Source: Haloquadratum walsbyi C23 | Lineage (GTDB): Archaea > Halobacteriota > Halobacteria > Halobacteriales > Haloferacaceae | Assembly (NCBI RefSeq): GCF_000237865.1 | Contig: NC_017459.1 | Coordinates: forward strand, 240,001 to 272,000 | Length of the DNA: 32,000 nucleotides | Direction: 5' to 3' | In this document: positions 1 to 6,385 of the stretch, piece by piece | Numbering within the stretch: the first letter of the stretch is position 1 | Layout of the letters: each line of letters begins with the position of its first letter | Notes under the pieces: generated by a model | The model's database searches: none | Seen by the model: only the letters and a program-made list of their open reading frames with translations | Told to the model about the DNA's origin: nothing | Translations under genes and position numbers: made by a program

Positions 1-1
1 G

Positions 2-190
2 AATGCAACTCTTGGACGGAATGGGACTCTTCAGATTCGACTTCCGAAAGATGGGCGTCATCAAACGGTTGCAGTGAGTGAGGCTGATGAAAATAATGAG
101 CATGACGAGATGATTGATTCAGGTGACTCAGACGCGAGTACTGCAAACAATACTGATGATGCTAATCATGATCCCGATACTGATAGCTAA
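2..190 (+). CDS. 3' end of a gene that starts upstream of the window; acidic C-terminal tail, product unknown
   Basis: Frame 2 is open from the window edge to TAA at 188-190. The tail ...VAVSEADENNEHDEMIDSGDSDASTANNTDDANHDPDTDS is D/E/N-rich, as in haloarchaeal proteins. It is absent from the ORF track because it has no start codon in the window. Confidence 0.35.
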   Translation, partial: NATLGRNGTLQIRLPKDGRHQTVAVSEADENNEHDEMIDSGDSDASTANNTDDANHDPDTDS

Positions 191-285
191 AATCAGTCCT
201 GCGGCAGTGAACTAACTGTATTTGATTTCGTTTTGTATTTGCTCTATTATTTCATCTCACCGATTATAGAAATGCAAGGTGAATA

Positions 286-355
286 CACCCGCCTTCCCGT
301 GAGGAACGAGCGTTACGACCGGGACGGTCGTAACCGAGCGACGAACAGGCGGGTG
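286..355 (+). other. Compound hairpin, candidate left-end subterminal palindrome of the IS1341-type element
   Basis: The outer stem CACCCGCC (286-293) pairs with GGCGGGTG (348-355). The inner perfect 10-bp stem GTTACGACCG (312-321) pairs with CGGTCGTAAC (325-334) around a 3-nt loop. Confidence 0.4.
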
Positions 356-427
356 ATGAAACCGACATGGGCGAGTCATATCTACACCACACTAACATGG
401 CCGGATATTCCACGGTCTGACCACAAA

Positions 428-440
428 TTTTATAATAAAA
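428..440 (+). promoter_or_regulatory. TATA-like box of the original tnpB promoter, now separated from tnpB by the nested IS
   Basis: TTTTATAATAAAA lies about 31-43 nt upstream of the ATG at 471-473, which sits in the left copy of the duplicated target GAATGCTG. Confidence 0.35.
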
Positions 441-468
441 CAATTATAAACGATTATACAGACGTTTA

Positions 469-476
469 GAATGCTG
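469..476. repeat. Left copy of the 8-bp target site duplication GAATGCTG
   Basis: Identical to 2075-2082 and directly abuts the IS66-family left inverted repeat. An 8-bp TSD is the expected size for the IS66 family. Confidence 0.85.
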
Positions 477-503
477 GTATGTGTTTACTCCCAGAACGAT
501 TTC
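477..503. repeat. IS66-family left terminal inverted repeat
   Basis: GTATGTGTTTACTCCCAGAACGATTTC aligns with the right-end reverse complement GTATGTCTTTACCCCGATGATTCA. Thirteen of the first 15 positions are identical, and the match continues further with small gaps. Confidence 0.7.
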
Positions 504-545
504 GCCACTCTCTAGTAAATTGCTCTTGACTCTGCGATAGAGCAA

Positions 546-610
546 TGCAGACGACAAGGTGTTTTCTGAGGGACGGTCTCCCTGCCGGAGACCGTCCTGT
601 GTCGTCTGCA
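546..610 (+). promoter_or_regulatory. Two-tier perfect hairpin immediately upstream of the IS66-type transposase start
   Basis: The outer 11-bp stem TGCAGACGACA (546-556) pairs with TGTCGTCTGCA (600-610). The inner 11-bp stem GGACGGTCTCC (571-581) pairs with GGAGACCGTCC (587-597) around the loop CTGCC. Candidate start codons lie at 615 (TTG), 627 (GTG) and 630 (ATG). Confidence 0.5.
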
Positions 611-629
611 CTGGTTGAGGTGTATTGTG

Positions 630-2066
630 ATGGTCACTGATAAGAAGGTGGAGCAACTGCTTGAGCGGATCACTCATCTCGAAAATCGCATTGATGAACT
701 TGAGCAGGAGAATAAAGAGCTCAAGCAAGCAAATCAGCAACTCCGGAAAGAGAACAAGCGTCTCAGAGCCAAGCTTCGGTGGTACGAGGGACCACATACA
801 CCACCGAGCAAAGACCAATCGGACCAGGAGGAGTCGTCCTCGTCCACACCGGACGAGGACGACGAACAACCACGTACTGACGGTGGCACCCCTGGTCGAA
901 AGTCCGGACATGATCCGGAATGGCGCGACGCTCCTGACCCTGATCGAGAAATCGAGGTTACCTGTGACTGCTGTCCAGACTGTGGTGAAGCGTTCGACGA
1001 GTCGGCGGGCGTCAGCCCCCGACTCGTCGAGGAACTCCCGGATCCACAGCCGCCAGAGGTCACACAGTACAACCGCCACCACTACGAGTGTCACTCTTGT
1101 GGTGCCGAAACTGTCGCCTCACATCCCGACTGCCCCGATGAGGGGCAGTTCGGGGTGAATGTCATTGCACAGGCGGCGCTCTCTCGGTACGATCACCGCC
1201 TTCCCTACCGGAAGATCGGCGATCGCTTCGAACAACTCCACGGACTGGAACTGTCAGGCGCGTCCGCATGGCACTCGACCGAGCGCGCTGCGCGCGCCGG
1301 TCGCTGTGAATACGAACAGATTCGCCGTCAGATCCAGCAAGCCGGCGTTGTCCACGTTGACGAGACTGGAATCAAACGCGACGGCGAACAGGCATGGATC
1401 TGGACGTTCACTACCGAGGAACACACGCTGTACGCAGTCAGAGAGAGTCGAGGAAGTGATGTTCCCGCGGAAGTCCTCGGCGAGGACTTCGCAGGAACGG
1501 TCGTCTGTGATGGGTGGACGGCGTATCCGGCTTTCAGCAGCAACCTCCAGCGGTGTTGGGCGCATATTTTACGGGAGGCTGAAGATGCCGCCGACAAACA
1601 GGTGGAAGGCGAACCAATCTACCGTGCCCTCAAGCAGCTGTACGTCGCTCTCCAGACCCGGCTGGAGAGCGACTTGACAGTCCGTGAGCGAGCAGAACTC
1701 CAACTTGTGGCGCGGAGAGAGCTTGAATCGCTGATAGAACGGTCAGTCCCTGACGGACCAGTGGCAACACTACTCGGGAAGATCGAAAGGGGTCTCGACC
1801 ACTGGCTCACCTTCATTGGTGAGCCAGCGGTCTCTCCAACGAATAATTCGGCTGAAAACGCCCTCCGTGAGCCCGTAGTTCTCCGGAAAATCATCGGAAC
1901 TCTCCGCAATGACCGCGGGATGTTCGTTCACGAAACGTTGCTGTCCCTGCTGGCGACATGGCGCCAGCAGGGACGCAATCCCTATGGCGAATTCAAGCGG
2001 GTCTCCCAAGATAATGAGATGATTCCACGGGCTCAAACCGTGCCGGCAGTTGAATCATCGGGGTAA
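630..2066 (+). CDS. IS66-family DDE transposase
   Basis: N-terminal leucine-zipper/coiled coil (LENRIDELEQENKELKQANQQLRKENKRLRAKL). Cys pairs CDCCPDCG...CHSCG. IS66-type catalytic region motifs VHVDETG, WIWTF, VCDGWTAYP and QRCWAHILRE, plus C-terminal TNNSAENALR. I prefer the ATG at 630 to the TTG at 615 used in the ORF track. Confidence 0.9.
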   Translation: MVTDKKVEQLLERITHLENRIDELEQENKELKQANQQLRKENKRLRAKLRWYEGPHTPPSKDQSDQEESSSSTPDEDDEQPRTDGGTPGRKSGHDPEWRDAPDPDREIEVTCDCCPDCGEAFDESAGVSPRLVEELPDPQPPEVTQYNRHHYECHSCGAETVASHPDCPDEGQFGVNVIAQAALSRYDHRLPYRKIGDRFEQLHGLELSGASAWHSTERAARAGRCEYEQIRRQIQQAGVVHVDETGIKRDGEQAWIWTFTTEEHTLYAVRESRGSDVPAEVLGEDFAGTVVCDGWTAYPAFSSNLQRCWAHILREAEDAADKQVEGEPIYRALKQLYVALQTRLESDLTVRERAELQLVARRELESLIERSVPDGPVATLLGKIERGLDHWLTFIGEPAVSPTNNSAENALREPVVLRKIIGTLRNDRGMFVHETLLSLLATWRQQGRNPYGEFKRVSQDNEMIPRAQTVPAVESSG

Positions 2067-2074
2067 AGACATAC
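2051..2074. repeat. IS66-family right terminal inverted repeat
   Basis: The reverse complement of 2051-2074 matches the left inverted repeat. It overlaps the last codons and the stop of the transposase gene. Confidence 0.7.
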
Positions 2075-2082
2075 GAATGCTG
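2075..2082. repeat. Right copy of the 8-bp target site duplication GAATGCTG (contains the tnpB ATG)
   Basis: Identical to 469-476 and directly abuts the right inverted repeat, which ends at 2074. Confidence 0.85.
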
Positions 2083-3390
2083 GAAGTCCACCGCACCCAT
2101 CAAGCGAACATCCGCAACCACAGTCAGGTTGCAGAGTCACTTGACCGTCACGGGTGGAGTGCCAGTAAACTCTGGAACGTCGCTAACTACCACTCCCGCG
2201 AAGTCTGGGAAGAGACGGGCGATATTCCTGATCATGAGGAGTTAAAAGCCGGGTTGAAGACTCATCCAACCTACAAGGGACTGCACTCACAGTCCAGTCA
2301 GCGGGTTCTGGAGGAACTCGCTGAAGGCTTCAACTCGTGGTACGGCTCCGAAGACGACAGGGACAACCCACCGGGCTACCGCAAACAAAACTACTACGAC
2401 GACGAGGGTCGTCGTGTCCACGAAGAACACCCACGCAGTACGGTGACGTGGAAGCAAAACGGATTCAAACACGACCCCGAAAACAACCGTGTCCGCCTCT
2501 CTAAGGGCGCGAATCACAAAGAGCATCCGAAAGCGTGGGAGTACATCCTTGTCGAATACGAAACCCGCCCCGGCATCACGGTCGAGAACATACAGCAGGT
2601 CAGATCCGTCTACGATCAGCACAAAGAGCGATGGGAACTCCATCTCGTCTGCAAAAACGAGATTGAGACACCCGACGCTCCCGGCACCGAGACGGCGGGT
2701 ATCGACCTTGGTATCAGCAACTTTGCCGCTGTCGCCTACAGCACCGAAGACGCTGACCTGTACCCCGGGAACCGCCTGAAACAAGACGGCTACTACTTTC
2801 CGAAAGAGATTGCTACGTGCGACGACGCGGGTGGTAACCGAGCTACCAACTTACAGAAGAAGTGGTCAGAACGACGCACTCACTTTTTCCACAGCCTTGC
2901 GAAACATATCGTTGAACGCTGCGTTGAGAACGGTGTTGGTCGCATCAACATCGGTGATTTGGAGGGTGTTCGAGAGGATGAAGACGGTAGCTCGAAAAAC
3001 TGGGGCAAACATGGCAATCTTGACTTACATGGATGGGCGTTCGACCGATTCACCAGTATCCTCGAATACAAGGCGAAGGGTGAGGGAATCAAGATCGTGG
3101 AAGTGGATGAGCATGATACGAGCAAAGCGTGTTGTGTCTGCGGTCGGACAGACGAGAATCAACGTGTTGAACGCGGGCTGTACGTCTGTGAGTCGTGCGA
3201 TGCAGCGTTCAACGCTGATGTGAATGGGGCGGAGAACATCCGTTTCGAGTTGAACCAAAGTAACTCCGAGTCTGCACCTGATTTGGGTGGAGATAGGAGT
3301 ACCGGCTGGTTGGCACAGCCAGCAGTCTATCTTCATGACTTGTCCCACGGATTCTCACCGCGGGAACAAGTGGTAGACTGCAAACCCTAA
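2077..3390 (+). CDS. tnpB: TnpB (IS1341-type OrfB), RuvC-like RNA-guided endonuclease family
   Basis: Haloarchaeal TnpB N-terminus (SASKLWNVANYHSRE). RuvC-I motif AGIDLGISNFAAVA. Zinc ribbon CCVCG...CESCD. RuvC-III motif FNADVNGAENI. The ATG at 2077 lies inside the duplicated target. The TTG at 2050 used in the track would overlap the transposase gene and the right inverted repeat. Confidence 0.9.
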   Translation: MLEVHRTHQANIRNHSQVAESLDRHGWSASKLWNVANYHSREVWEETGDIPDHEELKAGLKTHPTYKGLHSQSSQRVLEELAEGFNSWYGSEDDRDNPPGYRKQNYYDDEGRRVHEEHPRSTVTWKQNGFKHDPENNRVRLSKGANHKEHPKAWEYILVEYETRPGITVENIQQVRSVYDQHKERWELHLVCKNEIETPDAPGTETAGIDLGISNFAAVAYSTEDADLYPGNRLKQDGYYFPKEIATCDDAGGNRATNLQKKWSERRTHFFHSLAKHIVERCVENGVGRINIGDLEGVREDEDGSSKNWGKHGNLDLHGWAFDRFTSILEYKAKGEGIKIVEVDEHDTSKACCVCGRTDENQRVERGLYVCESCDAAFNADVNGAENIRFELNQSNSESAPDLGGDRSTGWLAQPAVYLHDLSHGFSPREQVVDCKP

Positions 3391-3457
3391 TATCCCAATC
3401 CAGCGGTTCGGTGCCGTGGGATTCCTCCGTCTTCAGGCGGATGGAGGATGTCAAATG
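3260..3457 (+). ncRNA. Candidate TnpB-associated omega/right-end RNA scaffold overlapping the tnpB 3' end (5' boundary is a guess)
   Basis: By analogy with IS200/IS605 TnpB systems, the guide RNA scaffold spans the 3' end of tnpB and the right end. A stem-loop TCCTCCG(T)C-TTCAG-GCGG(AT)GGAGGA followed by GTCAA lies at about 3423-3454. A related module follows the second tnpB remnant at 6386-6430. Confidence 0.35.
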
Positions 3458-3550
3458 AAGTGAATACCTGAGAGAGCCGACTGAGAGCGTTATATCATCT
3501 CGAAGACCCATGTTAATTAACCAATTAATGATTGTATTTGAAACAATCTA

Positions 3551-4159
3551 CTATATCGGGAGATCAGAATCAGGATCAATCACACGATCAACTTCTTCCG
3601 GTGCACTCCAGTCAGTTGTTAATTCAAGTAACTGAACGAGCATTCGACCGGTTGCACCCCACACAGTATACCCATTAACGTAGAAAAAATGAAGTCGAAT
3701 CGCACCATGGACTGGGTGTTCGCGCCGAGTCAGTTCATAATTGCTCAGATCAGTGAGCGCTGAGACTGGAAGTGGAACAATCTCAGCCACCTCACGCTCA
3801 TCAGGGTGATACTCACGATAAGGAATACGGACGACAAACGGTCGAACAGCGTAGTCCGTAACTGTAAGGATATCATCAAGTCGCCCATGGAATTGTGCCT
3901 CTGTTGAGTCAAGTCCAATCTCTTCATTTGCCTCACGAAGCGCAGTCTCTCGAAGGTCCGTGTCACTTGGTTCATGCGATCCCCCAGGGAAGCTCATCTG
4001 ACCAGGATGCTCACCAAGATGATCTGCACGTTTCGTGAATAACACATGTCGCTCAGCGCCAATTCGCACAATTGGTGCAATGACAGCTGCGCGTCGACCA
4101 GCATCTATGACTGGTGTTGGGGCGTGAGTATTCACTGCCGAGAGGTTCATGTACAACAT
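3551..4159 (-). CDS. NUDIX hydrolase (CoA pyrophosphatase-like subgroup)
   Basis: NUDIX box GGSHEPSDTDLRETALREANEEIGL, preceded by PGQMSFPGG. The start is ambiguous (GTG 4162, ATG 4159, ATG 4150). Confidence 0.85.
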   Translation of the reverse strand: MLYMNLSAVNTHAPTPVIDAGRRAAVIAPIVRIGAERHVLFTKRADHLGEHPGQMSFPGGSHEPSDTDLRETALREANEEIGLDSTEAQFHGRLDDILTVTDYAVRPFVVRIPYREYHPDEREVAEIVPLPVSALTDLSNYELTRREHPVHGAIRLHFFYVNGYTVWGATGRMLVQLLELTTDWSAPEEVDRVIDPDSDLPI

Positions 4160-4370
4160 CACATATTAGTTATGCAACCCGTATAGCCGTGATGGTTGCA
4201 TATAATATGGCATGGATACTAAAAATCAAACCGTAGGTATTCTAAAAGCATCCTCGCAGTTGATCGGAGCTATACACATGATTCGGGGGCATGTTAATAC
4301 AGTCCATCTCATCAATCTCAGACTCATAAAGAGAGCAAACGAATCTAGTGCCAGAAATTAGTTATTTTGT

Positions 4371-4955
4371 TTAATCCTCGGCTAATGCAGAATTAAGCCG
4401 GCACCGCACATCGCTGATCAGGTCATCATTTGCTGTTGCTACTCCAGCCCATGTTTCAATATCGTATGTGACATCACGGAGATATCTCATTAATTCAATA
4501 TCATTATTTGTGATTGCTTGTTCGGTATCATCACGGAGTCGATTTATGACAGCATAAGTGGCTGCTTCGTGGTCGATTGCCTGACCATCTGTCTCAAGAA
4601 TTCGCGGGAGATCCTCAGCATGCGCCGGAAGTGTCGGAAATGCGGTTGGACCAGGCGCAATCCGATTTAATTTTGTTTCATCGATATTAGAATTGATATC
4701 ACTCGACTGTTCATTCGGATGTTGTATTGAACGCATCTCATCCTCGGTGGATGGATAGATAATAAGTCGATATTGATTGATCGCGGTTGTGATCATCTCC
4801 TGTCGTGTGTCAGACTCAACCTCGATACCCTGTCGAAATGCCATTTCAACAATTGCAGTATCGACTGCGTCGTGAGTCAATGTCCCGAAGAGATCAACAA
4901 TACCAGCCAATTCATCGAGTGAGATAAACTCCTCAGTCATTGCTTGAGTGCTCAC
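4371..4955 (-). CDS. Acidic hypothetical protein (conserved-haloarchaeal-like, no recognisable domain)
   Basis: 194-codon ORF with an ATG start and strongly acidic composition. AT-rich intergenic DNA lies on both sides. Confidence 0.7.
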   Translation of the reverse strand: MSTQAMTEEFISLDELAGIVDLFGTLTHDAVDTAIVEMAFRQGIEVESDTRQEMITTAINQYRLIIYPSTEDEMRSIQHPNEQSSDINSNIDETKLNRIAPGPTAFPTLPAHAEDLPRILETDGQAIDHEAATYAVINRLRDDTEQAITNNDIELMRYLRDVTYDIETWAGVATANDDLISDVRCRLNSALAED

Positions 4956-5159
4956 AGTGTGGGTGTATTAGTCTATCTCTGTTTTGGACTGTATCTCATA
5001 TCTTACTATCGATAGCATAGATGCATATACATATGCATATATATACAATCACACTGAGGTATCTTGACCTGCTTGCGCTCATCACATATTAACAAGGATA
5101 GTTGATTCAATAAAATATCAAGTATGATTTTGCGTATACTCTTCGATATAATGAGCTAC

Positions 5160-6290
5160 TTATTCAATTGATGAATCAGTATCATCTTCAGTCAATTCAG
5201 TGTTGACTGCATCAGCATCTGCAACTGCGGCATCAACAACAGCAGATGGTGTTATATCAACATCACTCCACGCTGGAAGATAATCTGGGCTTCCGGGCGG
5301 TTGGATACTCTTTGTGTATGTCTCAATCTGCTCGCGCTCACGAGAGCGAGGATATTCGAATCCATTGAATGTAGCATCAATTGCATACTGATCAAGAAGT
5401 TGCTTTGCTGTGTTTCGATATCGGTGTGGAAGTGTTTCGAAGTCAATCGAAATATCATGTTGTGCGATTGTTCGAAAGAGTGTTTCACCAACTGAGCGAC
5501 TCATCTCTGAGAGTCCAGTGGGTCCAGAGACAGCCCTATGATCATGCTCATACCGACCAAGATCAACCTGCGCTGTATGTGCAAATCCAGCAGCATCAAA
5601 CGCATCAGCAAGCGTTCCGACCTCAAGTCCCCACGAACGAGGAGCCCGAATCTGTGTAACCATCTCGGCAGTTGCGGCGAACTCTCCTGCGAGTGCATAT
5701 CGAAATGAATCCAAATAGCGGAGATATGATGTTGGATGTGCCGTGCGAAGTGCACGAATAAGTGGGACGTAAAATAATCTAAATAATCGCCCGTACAACT
5801 GCCGATCCTCAACACGTGCATAGTATCCCTTTGTGAATTTGAATCCGTGCGCAAGCGGAAAGAGCAATCGCGTGAGAAATGAGCTATCATAACTCACTGT
5901 ATCCGCATCGTGTACGACGACAAATTCTTCTTCAGCTGCACGACCAAGTGCAAGCCACACATCACGACCCTTGCCACTTCGTCCCTCAAGTCCAGCCCCT
6001 TCTAAGAGCTTAGAAACACGAGGACCATCACACCAAAGCACCTCAAGTGTCAGGTCGTATGTTGCAAGCCACTGTCGAAATGAAGTAACCCGAGTTGGTG
6101 GTGCCCGAAGTGGGACAATGACCCTGGCTGGATTGAGATCTTCGAGTGTAGTGAGCACACGGTCAGCCGCAAGTCCAGCGTATTCCCGCTCGGTCATTGG
6201 AACAACTACAGATGCACGTTCGATTGGTGCTGATGGCCGAGGATCATCAAGTTCGTGCAAAGTCGCGATTGATGATTGCACATACTCCAT
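5160..6290 (-). CDS. Glycosyltransferase, GT2/GT81-like (resembles glucosyl-3-phosphoglycerate synthase type)
   Basis: SVVVPMTERE near the N-terminus, GKGRDVWLAL, a DxD motif in VVVHDADTV and FTKGYYARV. This arrangement resembles GpgS-like retaining transferases. The specific substrate is not established. Confidence 0.75.
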   Translation of the reverse strand: MEYVQSSIATLHELDDPRPSAPIERASVVVPMTEREYAGLAADRVLTTLEDLNPARVIVPLRAPPTRVTSFRQWLATYDLTLEVLWCDGPRVSKLLEGAGLEGRSGKGRDVWLALGRAAEEEFVVVHDADTVSYDSSFLTRLLFPLAHGFKFTKGYYARVEDRQLYGRLFRLFYVPLIRALRTAHPTSYLRYLDSFRYALAGEFAATAEMVTQIRAPRSWGLEVGTLADAFDAAGFAHTAQVDLGRYEHDHRAVSGPTGLSEMSRSVGETLFRTIAQHDISIDFETLPHRYRNTAKQLLDQYAIDATFNGFEYPRSREREQIETYTKSIQPPGSPDYLPAWSDVDITPSAVVDAAVADADAVNTELTEDDTDSSIE

Positions 6291-6385
6291 TTAATTATCT
6301 CTATTTGGGATAGGTCAAAAGCATCTGGATTATCGACGCCAGACCTGTCTTGATATTGAAAATAAGACGGTGGCAGTGACGATGA

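Larger units (their letters stand above)
477..2074 (+). mobile_element. IS66-family insertion sequence (single-ORF type, haloarchaeal ISH10-like/ISBst12-like group), 1598 bp
   Basis: The imperfect terminal inverted repeats are GTATGTGTTTACTCC... (477 onward) and the reverse complement of ...GGGGTAAAGACATAC (ending at 2074). They are flanked by perfect 8-bp direct repeats and enclose one IS66-type transposase gene. Confidence 0.85.
286..3457 (+). mobile_element. IS200/IS605-family, IS1341-type (tnpB-only) insertion sequence, split by a nested IS66-family element; left boundary uncertain
   Basis: Full-length tnpB at 2077-3390. A conserved right-end module ends with GGAGGATGTCAA at 3443-3454. 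Removing 477-2082 (the nested IS plus one TSD copy) joins 476 to 2083 and rebuilds a continuous upstream region with a TATA-like box and the tnpB ATG. A compound subterminal hairpin at 286-355 fits an IS200/IS605 left end. Confidence 0.55.

Noticed and set aside
233-469. 78-aa ORF upstream of the IS66 element
   Set aside because: It has basic, non-haloarchaeal composition, spans the GC-rich hairpin and the AT-rich promoter-like DNA of the presumed IS1341 left end, and has no recognisable motif.
444-1094. 216-aa minus-strand ORF, plus other ORFs antisense or out of frame with the IS66 transposase (661-1158, 734-1072, 1159-1677)
   Set aside because: They overlap a gene with clear family motifs. 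Their translations are Arg/Ser-rich, as is typical of off-frame reads of GC-rich coding DNA.
2050-2076. TTG start at 2050 for tnpB (ORF track)
   Set aside because: It would overlap the transposase stop and lie inside the IS66 right inverted repeat. The ATG at 2077 lies in the duplicated target and matches the start expected from the rebuilt uninterrupted element.
477-3457. Reading the IS66 transposase and tnpB as one native two-gene transposon
   Set aside because: The perfect 8-bp direct repeat GAATGCTG and the inverted repeats delimit the IS66 element at 477-2074, excluding tnpB. The adjacency is explained by a nested insertion.
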